Of a stretch of DNA of 64,000 nucleotides, positions 28,945 through 39,958 are shown piece by piece. The DNA comes from an archaeon. GTDB lineage: Archaea > Nanobdellota > Nanobdellia > SCGC-AAA011-G17 > GW2011-AR17. Location: contig JABHZQ010000023.1 in NCBI GenBank assembly GCA_018656555.1, positions 2,875 through 66,874 of the forward strand, given 5' to 3'. A program made the translations under genes and the position numbers. Positions within the stretch are counted from its first letter, which is position 1, and each line of letters opens with the position of its first letter. The notes below the pieces were generated by a model. The model was not told the DNA's origin. It ran no database searches and was given only the letters and a program-made list of their open reading frames with translations.

Positions 28945-29543
28945 TCCATAATCCCTAATAGGTGATATGCTAATCTATCTGCTGCCCTTATTAGTTCATC
29001 CTCATCAGTACCTTCTACAATTATACAAAATCCATCAGCATAAACTTGAGTTGTTTCACCAAGAGTCACAAAGATAACTGTATTAGCATCATTTGCATGC
29101 CCACACTGCACAACAGTCTTGTTCTCATATTCTTCAGATACTGTAGTATAAGTAGGTAGATTATAGATTAATTCATTATCTAATATGTTCATTAATTCAT
29201 ACACAGCCACCACAGTTTTTCCTTTCAAATCTTGATAAGGATCTATTGTTATGTAAACTGCTTCATCATTTGCTATTCTTTGAGCTAAATTACCACTTAA
29301 AGGAATATCTTCAACAGATGCAGGATCTGTTCTCATAGTTAAAATGTACTCTTGTTCATCTCCTTCAAAATAAACAGGTATTTTTGTTTCAGATTCACTT
29401 AATATTGTCACATCAAACACAGTATTACCATTAGAATATGAATAATAATCACTTGTTGGAGAATAGGCATATATGCCAACTCCAGCTATCCCTAAGATAA
29501 TAACTAATCCAAGGATGATATAGGTCATTTGTGTTTTAGCCAT
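28941..29543 (-). CDS. Membrane-anchored extracellular hypothetical protein
   Basis: N-terminal signal anchor (TYIILGLVIILGIAGVGIYAY). Confidence 0.4.
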   Translation of the reverse strand: MAKTQMTYIILGLVIILGIAGVGIYAYSPTSDYYSYSNGNTVFDVTILSESETKIPVYFEGDEQEYILTMRTDPASVEDIPLSGNLAQRIANDEAVYITIDPYQDLKGKTVVAVYELMNILDNELIYNLPTYTTVSEEYENKTVVQCGHANDANTVIFVTLGETTQVYADGFCIIVEGTDEDELIRAADRLAYHLLGIME

Positions 29544-30114
29544 ATTGATCTAGAATTAATTTATCTGTAACTTTTAATAAATCTTTCCCTTGTATAGTAA
29601 GACAATTGTCATCTAAAGATAATATTGTTTCATTATCTTCTTTAAATATAATCACACCAATTGATTCTGTAGCATCTTCACAGGTTTTAATGGGTAATGT
29701 TGAACACAGTTCATTATCCTCATAACAAGCTTCTGTTGTCCAAGTACTTAATTCTATATTATTATAGAAGTCATATACTGCATTTCTATAATTATCTTCA
29801 GGATTTAGAGATATATACATCTTAGATAGACTAGTTAATGAGCCTAGGCTAATCTCTTCTATTTCTAGTTCCTTTAGTTCCTCAGGATTTGATAGTACTA
29901 CTACCTGTTCTCCCTCTTCTGTATAAGCTAAAAACCCAGATTCTGTAGCAACAAAGGTTAAACCATTATATTCTACCTGTTCTGGTTCATCAGAATTTAA
30001 ATTAACCACACTTAAAACCATCAGCATTATGATAAAAATACCCACCAAATAAGTATAAAGCTCCTTTCTTTTGAATATTGATTTTCTCTTACCAAAATAA
30101 GTTCTTCTTTTCAT
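29536..30114 (-). CDS. Membrane-anchored extracellular hypothetical protein
   Basis: N-terminal basic stretch plus a TM helix; Cys-containing ectodomain. Confidence 0.4.
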   Translation of the reverse strand: MKRRTYFGKRKSIFKRKELYTYLVGIFIIMLMVLSVVNLNSDEPEQVEYNGLTFVATESGFLAYTEEGEQVVVLSNPEELKELEIEEISLGSLTSLSKMYISLNPEDNYRNAVYDFYNNIELSTWTTEACYEDNELCSTLPIKTCEDATESIGVIIFKEDNETILSLDDNCLTIQGKDLLKVTDKLILDQYG

Positions 30115-30189
30115 TGTTATATAGAATTATTTTTGTTATTAAAAAAGTTTTTGTTTTTTAAAATAATAAAAAAAGAAAAAAAGTGAGGT

Positions 30190-32505
30190 TTATTCCTCAG
30201 CTTCTGCTTCTGCTTCTTCTTCAGCTTCTTCTTCAGCTTCTGCTTCTTCTTCAGCTTCTTCTTCAGCTTCTTCTTCAGCTTCTTCTTCTGGTACTGCACC
30301 TACTTCAATATCTTCTAGGCTTGTTCCTGTTACAAGAACTTCTGTACCTGTCAGAGTGTAGTCGGCGTAGTTAGCAACAGCTCTAGATGCTCTTCTTGTG
30401 TCGTCTGCAGTTGTACCTGCAATCAACATAGCTACATTATCACCATTGTCTGCTAACTTAACTAGAGCTTCACCTTCTTCGAATGACCAACCATCACAGG
30501 TTACATCGAATAGATCTTCTACTAGATCGTTTGCACATGGACCTCCAACAAGGATAAGTTGGTAGTCGCTAGCTGTGGAAACTTCTGAAGCTAGTTTTGT
30601 AGCTGGTGTAATTTCTGCTACTATAGAACTTGTTGCGCCACTTGAAACAGTTGTTGATGTTCCCTGAACAACAATATTTGCCTTAACTTGGTCATTTGGT
30701 ACTTGCATTAAAACCTTGTCATCTTGTCCATTAGATTTTGGAGTTAACAACTTAATTCCATAGATAGTCCTATGGTCTTCATCTTTTGTACCGTATGTTG
30801 TTGTTCCGTGTAGAACTTCACTTGCTTCTTCACTATCTGCTGATACACCTAAAGAAGAGATACCAGTTGCTGCTACAGTTGTCCAGTATAGAGTCATATC
30901 ATCTCTTCCTGAAGCTAACTCAGTTGTAGAGTCTCCAACAACATCCACTAATAGACCTAAATGGTTGTTTGAGTCACTCCCATTAGTTGTAACTACAATA
31001 TTTGTATCTTTTGTATTTTCGTAGTTAACCCTAAAGATCTCATGAGTTTCGTTTGCAGTCAATGCACCCCAGTACTTTGTTTTAGAACCATCTTTATAGA
31101 ATACATCTATTATATTACTTCTTGCTCTAGTAACAGAATTGTTCAATGTACTCACAGAGTTGTTAAAATACAACCAGATTTCTGATGTTCTTTTATCAAC
31201 TGTTTGGTTCAGAGTAATAAACCCAGTACTTCCGAAGTTTGCGAAACTTAATTCTAAACCTTCTGATGCACTTGACTCAACATGTATAGCGTCCAAACTT
31301 GTGTAGATGAAGCCTGCTGGATCTAATTCATCGTATCTTTCGAATTTTAGGTCCATATAGTCATCATCAGATACTGTTAGACTATCGAAACAAACTTGTA
31401 CATAATCATTTGGTAGATCTATACATTCACCAGCTGTTGCAGGGTTATCATTTGGATTTGTCCAGTAAAACTCATTCTCGATACCTAATGTTTGAGCGGT
31501 TCCTTGAGTTTGTAAACCAGATATTGTCCATACCCAATTTGGATCAGATGTATCTTCACCAATGTATGCATCACCAGATTCATAAGATTCTGAAGACTCA
31601 GCACCAATGATTAATACTGCAGAAGATTCTGTCCTTTCAGTTCTACTAAAAGTTGAGTCAACTGTAATTTCAACACCATTTACATTTTGAGTTGCAGCAG
31701 AGTTAATAATTTCAGTTTCACCATCAACAGATACTACTACAGATGAGGATCCAGCCTCAGTCAGTGTAACAGTTTTGTCTACGCCTTCAACATCAACAGT
31801 TACAGACTCATCAACCATTAAGTAGTGTTCTTCACCAACATATGCGGTAAACTTTGAACCGGATGTGTCAATACTTGTGATCTTCAAATTATCACCTAAG
31901 AAATCTAATTCTAATGGTTGTGTTGTACTTGCATCTGATAGGTTGATAGTTTCATCAAATTTATACATAAATTTAATTCTATCTTTTCCTGGAATTTCTA
32001 AGTATACACCTGTATTGTAGTCATCTTCAGAACCGTTAATGGATGTAACGATAACTGGACCACCATTAACGAACTGAAGTTCTTCAGCTGTATCATAGTT
32101 TGTTCCTTGGAAACTGATTTCCCCATCAAAGAAATTGTCTACATCATCGTCTTGCAATGATGAATCAAAGAAACTACTTGCAGTCAAGTAAGTTGCTAAT
32201 GGGACTTGTTCAGTTTTACCACCTTCTACAGTTACAGATGATGAACTTGTTGATTCAACAGCTGTTCTAGATTCATACTGTAGGTTTGTAGCAATATCTA
32301 CCATACCAAGTGTGTCTGCAGCAGTCGCTAAATCTCCAACAACTAAAGCTGTTGAATCGTCGTAGGTACCATCTACAACATACGGGCTCGGATAGTCTCC
32401 TAAGTCCGCCGCTAGTGCTCCTGTTAATGTTGCTCCTGCCATTGCAACTCCTGTTCCAATCGCAGCAACCTTTTTCAATGTTTTCAATACGAATTTTTCT
32501 TGCAT
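30190..32505 (-). CDS. S-layer-like surface protein (771 aa) with a C-terminal (EEEA)n acidic tail
   Basis: N-terminus MQEKFVLKTLKKVAAIGTGVAMAGATLTGALAA resembles methanogen/archaeal S-layer leader regions. Ser/Thr/Asp-rich body; C-terminal EEEAEEEAEEEAEEEAEAEEEAEEEAEAEAEE. Confidence 0.55.
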   Translation of the reverse strand: MQEKFVLKTLKKVAAIGTGVAMAGATLTGALAADLGDYPSPYVVDGTYDDSTALVVGDLATAADTLGMVDIATNLQYESRTAVESTSSSSVTVEGGKTEQVPLATYLTASSFFDSSLQDDDVDNFFDGEISFQGTNYDTAEELQFVNGGPVIVTSINGSEDDYNTGVYLEIPGKDRIKFMYKFDETINLSDASTTQPLELDFLGDNLKITSIDTSGSKFTAYVGEEHYLMVDESVTVDVEGVDKTVTLTEAGSSSVVVSVDGETEIINSAATQNVNGVEITVDSTFSRTERTESSAVLIIGAESSESYESGDAYIGEDTSDPNWVWTISGLQTQGTAQTLGIENEFYWTNPNDNPATAGECIDLPNDYVQVCFDSLTVSDDDYMDLKFERYDELDPAGFIYTSLDAIHVESSASEGLELSFANFGSTGFITLNQTVDKRTSEIWLYFNNSVSTLNNSVTRARSNIIDVFYKDGSKTKYWGALTANETHEIFRVNYENTKDTNIVVTTNGSDSNNHLGLLVDVVGDSTTELASGRDDMTLYWTTVAATGISSLGVSADSEEASEVLHGTTTYGTKDEDHRTIYGIKLLTPKSNGQDDKVLMQVPNDQVKANIVVQGTSTTVSSGATSSIVAEITPATKLASEVSTASDYQLILVGGPCANDLVEDLFDVTCDGWSFEEGEALVKLADNGDNVAMLIAGTTADDTRRASRAVANYADYTLTGTEVLVTGTSLEDIEVGAVPEEEAEEEAEEEAEEEAEAEEEAEEEAEAEAEE
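30196..30291. repeat. Tandem 12-nt repeat (gcttcttcttca)n encoding the (EEEA)n tail
   Basis: Read directly. Confidence 0.8.
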
Positions 32506-32812
32506 TTACACAACACCTCCCTGTGTGTAATAATATTACTGTTCGGATTTTTCATCACTTTTTATACCAAAGTCACTATAGATTAATAATCCTGATTTAT
32601 AGTACTCTAACACCCGGGAGGCCTTTATAAACTTTTGTGTCATTTACTAGAGAAAAAGAGGCTAATTCCTGCGAATTCAGCGACGATAAAGCTTAATTTT
32701 GATGTTTGATGTTTTGGAGGTAAACAATAAGTGTTACCACTCTAAAATAATTTGACTAGTTGTACCTTATACTCCTGAAATATTATAGAATTAGGTACAT
32801 TTATGTTACTAT

Positions 32813-33238
32813 CTAAGGGTTGCAATACCATAATTTTACCTTCTTTCCAGAGATTGTAGCATCGTCTGGTATTATGTCTCCAATACACTCTTCTGTGTAA
32901 AGAGTATTGTCAATATAAAACATATAAACTCCTTCTTCCCAACCATAAGTATTTGTTATCAAAGCCATCTGTTCTTGCATCAACTCACAAGCATCTTGAC
33001 CACACTCAAAACCACCACTCATACAAGTCTTAATTACATCATCCATTTGAGTACTTTCACATACTGTTTGTAGACGGATAACGTCGAGCATGTTGGATAC
33101 TTCTAAATGCATTTCAGTCTCTTGTATTGAACTTGTACCTGAATCATCAGGCATAAATTTGATATAAAAAATTATTCCCATTATGATTAATAAGATAATA
33201 ACCATAAATCCAAGTATTTCCATTTGACCTTTTTTCAT
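32813..33238 (-). CDS. Pilin-like protein with an archaeal class III (prepilin-type) signal peptide
   Basis: MKKGQ|MEILGFMVIILLIIMGIIFYI, a KGQ motif followed by a hydrophobic helix. Confidence 0.5.
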   Translation of the reverse strand: MKKGQMEILGFMVIILLIIMGIIFYIKFMPDDSGTSSIQETEMHLEVSNMLDVIRLQTVCESTQMDDVIKTCMSGGFECGQDACELMQEQMALITNTYGWEEGVYMFYIDNTLYTEECIGDIIPDDATISGKKVKLWYCNP

Positions 33239-33750
33239 TGCAGTATCTCGATTGTTAGTTTACCCAATTGATATTCTCCTGTTGTAGGTATATACAAAGT
33301 TACAGGAGTTGAAATGGGTATTGAAGTTGTATAATCATCTTGCGGCTCATAAAACATATACTCATTACAATTAGGATAGTTATCTAAAGTACAGTTTGTT
33401 TCCACTATACCTTCAGGCAAAAGTTGCGTGAAATAGACCTTTTGTGAGCAAATAGTGCTAAAATACGACCCATATTCTCTTCCTGGATCAAAAACCATCA
33501 ACTTTGCAGTGTCTATACAATTCTCTTGTTTATTGTTAATACTACACTGTACTTCAGGCATATTAGCAATATAAGATAAAAGAACATAGTTAGACACAAT
33601 ACAAACATCTTCTATTGTTTCTTGTCCTGCTGAATAAGACACCTTAAAATAAAACACAAGCCCCAATACTAATATTATCATAAATACCATAACTACCACA
33701 ATAGTCTCCATCATTCCAACTTGAGCCTTAGAAAATCTCAGGACACTCAC
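33235..33750 (-). CDS. Pilin-like protein with a class III signal peptide (weaker match)
   Basis: MSVLRFSKAQVGMMETIVVVMVFMIILVLGLVF. Confidence 0.4.
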   Translation of the reverse strand: MSVLRFSKAQVGMMETIVVVMVFMIILVLGLVFYFKVSYSAGQETIEDVCIVSNYVLLSYIANMPEVQCSINNKQENCIDTAKLMVFDPGREYGSYFSTICSQKVYFTQLLPEGIVETNCTLDNYPNCNEYMFYEPQDDYTTSIPISTPVTLYIPTTGEYQLGKLTIEILQ

Positions 33751-34729
33751 CTCCCAAGTTCTTATTTGCAGCTTCTATTGTATTTACATAGCTTTGATAG
33801 GTCATAGCTGTATCTGTATTACCAATATAACCCTTATAATTATTCAAACTAGTTTTTACTGAAGTATAATCACAATTAGGTAGCCTAGTAGATATAAATT
33901 TAGACTTTTCATAATACAAATTAGTTATTGAATTTAACTTAGACAAAGCTAATTCCATATTATAATCATATTCATCTTTATTTTCTGAAATAAAAGCACC
34001 AACTAACATCTCCTTAGTCAAATATATAGAAGACCCATCTACAAATTCTATTTCACCATAATTAAATTCTTCTTCATCAGTATAAGTTACTTCAATTATA
34101 TCATAATTTTCAAAATAAGATTCTGGATTAATATTTGATTCTGTTAAAAATATAAATCTAACCTTTTCATAATTTTTTGTCAAGGTTGCAAGAGAGTCAA
34201 GATTAGAACTTAAATCTGATTCATCTATCAATTGATAATCAAAGTTTGAAGGCATTGACGCATATCCTTCAGTTAGTTCTTCTGCAAACTCTTCATTAGT
34301 TGGATTCTTTTGATTGTAAACTAAAACATAATAAGTTCTTTTGTCGTCGAAGTAAAAGAAATTTACAGTTTTATAAGGGAGTTCAAATGTTTTTGTTGCT
34401 ATATATATTTCTCTCCCTTCAATCTTAAGAGGTGAAAATATCACCTTATTCATCTGTTTCCCAATACTTAAACTCTCAGGTGTAATAACTCCTTTACTAA
34501 TATACAATTCTAAATCCCTACTGTAATCTAATGTGTCTTGTGCATTTAATGAAACAGAAAGAGCAGTTAACTCATCACTAATTGCATTAGTTAGTTCTGC
34601 ATCTGATTTACTTCCAGATACAGTCATATACTTATACGCAAAGCCAATAAAAAATATAAGAAACATGGAACCAATTATGATTCCAAAGATATACTTAAAT
34701 GCCTCACCTGTTTGTCCTTTACGTTTCAT
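33728..34729 (-). CDS. Pilin-like protein (333 aa) with a class III signal peptide
   Basis: MKRKGQ|TGEAFKYIFGIIIGSMFLIFFIGF. Confidence 0.5.
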   Translation of the reverse strand: MKRKGQTGEAFKYIFGIIIGSMFLIFFIGFAYKYMTVSGSKSDAELTNAISDELTALSVSLNAQDTLDYSRDLELYISKGVITPESLSIGKQMNKVIFSPLKIEGREIYIATKTFELPYKTVNFFYFDDKRTYYVLVYNQKNPTNEEFAEELTEGYASMPSNFDYQLIDESDLSSNLDSLATLTKNYEKVRFIFLTESNINPESYFENYDIIEVTYTDEEEFNYGEIEFVDGSSIYLTKEMLVGAFISENKDEYDYNMELALSKLNSITNLYYEKSKFISTRLPNCDYTSVKTSLNNYKGYIGNTDTAMTYQSYVNTIEAANKNLGGECPEIF

Positions 34730-35216
34730 AGTAAGTTATAGAAACTGAATCTACCTCATTCCTTAACAATCCCTGTTTTCCATTAGTTATACACTGAGGA
34801 TTACCCTCTACAGGTATTAATTTTTCAACACTAAAGTAATTTGTTTCATACTCTGGTGGATAAAGATAAACATTTCTTGAAGAAACAACCACTGCTTCTA
34901 TATACTCATTCATTTCTGCAGGACAGGGTAACCCATTATCCAAAACACAATTATAATTCTCATTCCCATTGTAAAAACAAACATATTCAACCAATCCTGG
35001 CAGATCCATTGTATATTTTTTCGTTGCACCTTCATCATACTTAGAAAAAGTTTCTACTTCATTCTGCATATCAGTTACTTTATCTGCTAGTTGAGCATAA
35101 TCAGCTTGTGTATTAAGATCTAAAACTATTTTTATACCCCAAAAAAGCACTAATGCTCCTATGATCAATGCAAAGATTAGTACTAATGGTAAACCCATAA
35201 CTTGTCCTTTTTTCAT
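34719..35216 (-). CDS. Pilin-like protein with a class III signal peptide
   Basis: MKKGQ|VMGLPLVLIFALIIGALVLFWGI. Confidence 0.5.
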   Translation of the reverse strand: MKKGQVMGLPLVLIFALIIGALVLFWGIKIVLDLNTQADYAQLADKVTDMQNEVETFSKYDEGATKKYTMDLPGLVEYVCFYNGNENYNCVLDNGLPCPAEMNEYIEAVVVSSRNVYLYPPEYETNYFSVEKLIPVEGNPQCITNGKQGLLRNEVDSVSITYYET

Positions 35217-35219
35217 TTT

Positions 35220-38200
35220 TTAACTCCACAAAGATATATCTAATAAGTAAGATCCTTGATTTCCATAAATATCTTCACATATAATATAATACATAGGGAA
35301 TCCCAAACTTGGAGAATGTGTTGGTGTTTGTGTTCCCATTGGTGTACCATCACCAAATTCAAACTCTTCTGAAGCAAACTCACAAGTCGCATCCTCATTA
35401 AACTCTATTACAAGTTCATAGAATACTTCATCTACATATATAGATGTTATTTGAGGTATTGAATCATCATACTCTACAGTAATCTCACTTGATGTTGCAT
35501 TTTGATTACCTGCCACATCCTGACAAGTCACATAAAGAGTATAATCTCCTGTAAATAAATTAAGTTCTTGGGAATGTGATGTTGAATTTGTATCTAAAAA
35601 CTCAGTCATTGCACTATACTCATTAGTATCAGTACTAAACGCACAAGTTGAAACTCCATTATCAGCTCCAGCACTGGTTTTTACTTCTATTTCTAAGGTT
35701 GTATTATACACCTCTCCTTCTGGAGACATAGAGTCAATAACTAATGTATCCTCTGATGACTTTGTTGAATACTTATAGCTCTCCTCATTTGTATTTCCAG
35801 TACTATCTTGACACCTAAAGTAGAAATAATTAATTTCATCTGAACTTATTCCAGTTAGTGTTCCAGTACAAGGATAGGTTCCATAATATATTGATGATGC
35901 TTGGAATCCACTAGTTGTACAAATCATTTCATTGTCCATTATAGTATAATCAGTATCCTCTGTACTCCACTTACAAGTTGCTGGTTCATCAGTGTAAACA
36001 GATAACATTGTTTCATTCACACCATAAGCAACATATAATCCCTCATCTAGTGAAGTGAAAACTACTGTAGGAGGAGTTAGATCTGGAGTTGTATCAACTT
36101 GGAACCTTACAAAGTAATCTCTTTCATTTGCATTACCATTGTAATCAATACACTTTACATAAATAGTGTAAATTCCTTCTGTTAAAGCAATAACTTCTTC
36201 ATCTGTTACTTCATCTCCTAAAGATAATAGTAAAGCATGATTGTATAAGTATAAATCAGTACCAAAATCATAATTCATCTCTTCATAAGCTATTCCTGGT
36301 TCTGTTGCATATTTACACAATGCTGGTTCATCTGTTTCCAAACCAATTTGAACAGGTGTAAATGCAGGTATTAATTCATTTATTTCTAATCCTGGATTAC
36401 CTTCCTCATATGTTTCCCTAAAAGTATAAGCCTCTGAAAATAATTCTGTATTTGGAGTTACATCTGGACTGTTTACATCATTTGCATATACAGATACACA
36501 AGATTCATTTCCAGATCCTTCATTGATTACTTGGCAAGAAGCACCTAATGCTCTACATCTATATTCTGAACAAGGTTTCTCATCAGTATTACATAATTCA
36601 CAATCATCTCCTCCAGAAGGTGGTTGCCATCTTCCACAAGTTGCTTCATAATTTACAGTAGTTTCATTATCAAAACCATATTCTACAAATAAGTAAACTG
36701 TAAATGCTGTTGTCAAAACATTTGAAACTCTTGTAACAGTTTTTGCTCCTTGAGCTTCTTGCATAGTTGTTCCAAGTTCTGCTTGATAAGGATCATCTGA
36801 ATTAGCCATAGCAGCAGTCTCCTTTGCACTTACCTTTCCAACCGGCCTTCCAATCAAACCAACAATAGGCATTGCTCCCTGTAAAAAACATCCAGCTCCA
36901 GATGCAAAATCTAAATTAGATTGTTTTTGTGCAGATGTACCAATAGCACCAGCCAAAGTATCACACTCACCTTGTTGATCAGAACTTAAATTTGCATAAT
37001 TACCACAATCTTTTTCATAACTTGTTAAATCTGTGGTGGTTGTTGCATCTCCAGTTATAGAATCTATTCCAGTAACTCTTCCACCAAGTGCACCTAAAGC
37101 ACTACCTCCTCCTCCAACCAAACCACCAAGTGATTGTAAAATATTATTTGCATTTGCACTATCCATACCTTGCATTATTTGGGCTTCTTTTGCTTTTGAA
37201 CAGGCAACTGTTTGAGATACCGCCCCAACACTTCCAGAAATTATTGCTCCAACAAAAGCTGGATTTGAATACCAATATCTTGAATTTGCTCCATAGTATT
37301 TAATCTCTCCACCCCCCACATTAATCAAATAATCCCAATCTCCAATATCTTTTGATTCCAACTCATCATAATCAAAGAAAAATACTTCATCAAATGCATT
37401 ACTTGTAAATCCATCATAAGATGCCACACCATTCCAATTATAATAAGCACCACAATCTCCTTGTGCCTTACATAAAATATTTTGCTTTACAAACCAATCC
37501 CTCTCAGTACATCCCATAGGAGTTTCCATAACTAAATTCCAATTATCAGCATTAGTCTTTCCACCAAAAATCTTTTTCCATCCACCAATTCTCCAAGTTG
37601 CTTCACAAGTTCTTGTTGCTTCTGAACATACTTCATCTGTTGAAGCTGTACTTGCATCTCCATCATCTGCCCAGAACTGTTGACCCGGTGGAACTTGAGG
37701 TACACATACCCCTCCAACTGTTGTTTCCACTTCTAGATCTTCAGCCTCTTGTTGAGCACTAGTCAATGGAATATTAGATCCTCTATCCACTCTCTCTACT
37801 TCTCCTTCCAACCAAAAACAATCTCTATAATCTTCATCCTCACAACACTCTCTTACTGCTTCTTCATTAGAAACAGAATTAGCAATAATTCCTGAAGTAT
37901 CACCTACTTCTTCTTCAACATAATTACAATCATAACAATCTTCCCATCTATTATCTCTACAAGCTGCTTCTATATAATCTCCAGAATCAGATAAATGTAA
38001 TGCTTCAAGAGTTCCAAAGATCTCTGCAGATAGAACACCATGAATACAAATATCCTCTCTAAAATCAGTACAAGGTTCAGGAACCTCTTCTCCATTAATA
38101 CACAACTGCCTAAAATGTCTTGAACCAACAGTATCCTGTGCTTCTCCAGTAAAGGAATCATACAAACACCAAGACTCTCCATTTAATTTATCTCCACCAG

Positions 38201-39110
38201 CACCAGGAGAAACCTCATCATCATAAGTATCATAACAATTTAAATCAATACAAGTAAAATCTCCCTTTTCCATAACATGATCTTTATCTGTTCCACAAAC
38301 ACTTCCAGCTGCATAATCACAATTTCCACAATTTTTATCATAAGGTCCTGTAATTGTACAAGACTCTTCTTCATCTTTTATGTAACCACTATTATAACTT
38401 GAAGTTATATCTGAAGAATAGATATTTTCTCTATTCCCACAAGAATCATGCCAATAAACCTTTCCTTCGTAACAACCAGTATGTTGTTGTTTTGCACAGT
38501 CTGCTGAAAGTAAATCATTTGAACATAACATTCCAGCATTAAAACCTTCTTCTGTAAAGTTTGATCCAACAGATGGTTCATTAGATGCAGTAGGACAATT
38601 GTCTCTTGTTGTAAAAGTATAATCTTCTCCATTAGCACAACATCCCCATTCAGAATTTTTAACAGAATTAAGACAAGCATATTCAGTTGCATAGGATTCA
38701 TCAAAATCCATATTAACCTCTTCATACTGTGATGCTATCTCTTTACATTTAACTTCAGTAACAAAGAAAGCTTGATCTGCAATCACACAACAACCTTGAG
38801 TACATTGATCTATTTCACAATTCATTGAATCCACCCAAGCACTACCTTCTTCTACTTCACACCTTGATTTTGCAGTATTTTTAAAACAAGAACCAGAATC
38901 AGAAGAATAACAACAACCAATTTGACAATAAGAAGTTTGTTCACAAGTTGCATATGCTGATTGATAATTTAGATTACATTCTGATTCATCTGCGTACCTA
39001 CAATACTCGCCATCATTAGTAACCTCACAACATGCATTTGAAGCTGAGACAAAATTAATTAGAAGAATTATTACTATACTAAAAATTAATATTATATTAC
39101 CTCTTTTCAA
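35220..39110 (-). CDS. Giant cysteine-rich secreted surface protein, paralog D (1296 aa)
   Basis: N-terminus MKRG|NIILIFSIVIILLI is signal or class-III-like. Shares modules with the other three giants: CCE…C…YC.GCC repeats; a GESWCLYDS…RH(F/Y)R…C core; DCGAYYNWNG; CELCN. C-terminal repeated ~100-aa modules carry a C.D..GN.N motif. Confidence 0.7.
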   Translation of the reverse strand: MKRGNIILIFSIVIILLINFVSASNACCEVTNDGEYCRYADESECNLNYQSAYATCEQTSYCQIGCCYSSDSGSCFKNTAKSRCEVEEGSAWVDSMNCEIDQCTQGCCVIADQAFFVTEVKCKEIASQYEEVNMDFDESYATEYACLNSVKNSEWGCCANGEDYTFTTRDNCPTASNEPSVGSNFTEEGFNAGMLCSNDLLSADCAKQQHTGCYEGKVYWHDSCGNRENIYSSDITSSYNSGYIKDEEESCTITGPYDKNCGNCDYAAGSVCGTDKDHVMEKGDFTCIDLNCYDTYDDEVSPGAGGDKLNGESWCLYDSFTGEAQDTVGSRHFRQLCINGEEVPEPCTDFREDICIHGVLSAEIFGTLEALHLSDSGDYIEAACRDNRWEDCYDCNYVEEEVGDTSGIIANSVSNEEAVRECCEDEDYRDCFWLEGEVERVDRGSNIPLTSAQQEAEDLEVETTVGGVCVPQVPPGQQFWADDGDASTASTDEVCSEATRTCEATWRIGGWKKIFGGKTNADNWNLVMETPMGCTERDWFVKQNILCKAQGDCGAYYNWNGVASYDGFTSNAFDEVFFFDYDELESKDIGDWDYLINVGGGEIKYYGANSRYWYSNPAFVGAIISGSVGAVSQTVACSKAKEAQIMQGMDSANANNILQSLGGLVGGGGSALGALGGRVTGIDSITGDATTTTDLTSYEKDCGNYANLSSDQQGECDTLAGAIGTSAQKQSNLDFASGAGCFLQGAMPIVGLIGRPVGKVSAKETAAMANSDDPYQAELGTTMQEAQGAKTVTRVSNVLTTAFTVYLFVEYGFDNETTVNYEATCGRWQPPSGGDDCELCNTDEKPCSEYRCRALGASCQVINEGSGNESCVSVYANDVNSPDVTPNTELFSEAYTFRETYEEGNPGLEINELIPAFTPVQIGLETDEPALCKYATEPGIAYEEMNYDFGTDLYLYNHALLLSLGDEVTDEEVIALTEGIYTIYVKCIDYNGNANERDYFVRFQVDTTPDLTPPTVVFTSLDEGLYVAYGVNETMLSVYTDEPATCKWSTEDTDYTIMDNEMICTTSGFQASSIYYGTYPCTGTLTGISSDEINYFYFRCQDSTGNTNEESYKYSTKSSEDTLVIDSMSPEGEVYNTTLEIEVKTSAGADNGVSTCAFSTDTNEYSAMTEFLDTNSTSHSQELNLFTGDYTLYVTCQDVAGNQNATSSEITVEYDDSIPQITSIYVDEVFYELVIEFNEDATCEFASEEFEFGDGTPMGTQTPTHSPSLGFPMYYIICEDIYGNQGSYLLDISLWS

Positions 39111-39158
39111 ACTAATTAATTAAATCTTTTTAATATTTATAAAGATTTTCTTTTAGAA

Positions 39159-39926
39159 CTATACTAATTCCTCACCTTCTATCGCAAATTGGAAAATAAA
39201 ATCTCCTTCTCTCAATTTAAGTTGATAGATTTTATCGGGGTAAGGCCTGTACTTGTAAATTGTATATCTACTTAATTTTTGCAACATATAGACCAATTGA
39301 TCAAACTCTCCTAATGATGCTTCTTCATTTACAACATCCATTGCAACATCATACAATTCACCTAAAGGATAATCAAAAGAAACTGAAAACTCATCTTCTT
39401 TCAATGTTGATTCATCTTTTGAAATTTCAACAGGATAATCTAAAGTCAAATCTACATTGTATGGAAGTATCTCAACCTCCAAAGTCCATTCATTTGCAAT
39501 TGATGAAATATCGTCGCTGTAATCATAAACATTAATGCAAGTTTCTAAAGCAGAAGTTATTGTTTCTTCAAGCTCTTCTTCCATATGCGCAACAGTCAAC
39601 ATTCTATTTGAACATGTTGCAGAATTTATTTGATTATAACATAAATAACTTACAGCTGAATCATTATATAATCTATAAGAAGTTTCAGGAGTTGCAAGGT
39701 AACCACCCTGTAATGCAATTTGTACAATATAATCCTCCCCCACATCCTCTAAACAATCAGTTATATGGTTATCAACATCATTCATTTGATCTTGAGCAGA
39801 ACCCCCTCCAAGAAGCGGAGGAATAATCTTTGTTTGTGTTCCCACAATGTACAAAGCTATAATTACTACAACAACAATACCTATTATTATAAAAACAGTT
39901 GCCTGACCTCTTTTATCCATTATCAT
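39159..39926 (-). CDS. Pilin-like protein (255 aa) with a class III signal peptide
   Basis: MIMDKRGQ|ATVFIIIGIVVVVIIALYIVG. Confidence 0.5.
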   Translation of the reverse strand: MIMDKRGQATVFIIIGIVVVVIIALYIVGTQTKIIPPLLGGGSAQDQMNDVDNHITDCLEDVGEDYIVQIALQGGYLATPETSYRLYNDSAVSYLCYNQINSATCSNRMLTVAHMEEELEETITSALETCINVYDYSDDISSIANEWTLEVEILPYNVDLTLDYPVEISKDESTLKEDEFSVSFDYPLGELYDVAMDVVNEEASLGEFDQLVYMLQKLSRYTIYKYRPYPDKIYQLKLREGDFIFQFAIEGEELV

Positions 39927-39958
39927 TTTTTATAGTTTTTTAGTATATAAATGTTTTG

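Noticed and set aside
30117-30374. ORFs encoding poly-Lys/Leu (KKKLKKKL…, LLLLQLLL…) at 30117..30299 (-) and 30183..30374 (+)
   Set aside because: They are alternative-frame and antisense readings of the (gcttcttcttca)n repeat that encodes the (EEEA)n tail of the S-layer-like gene. They are not independent genes.
32600-32630. TATA-like tttataaa ~110 bp upstream of the S-layer-like gene
   Set aside because: The sequence is palindromic and could serve either strand. It sits farther from the start codon than typical archaeal promoters. I kept it as unresolved and did not call it a feature.
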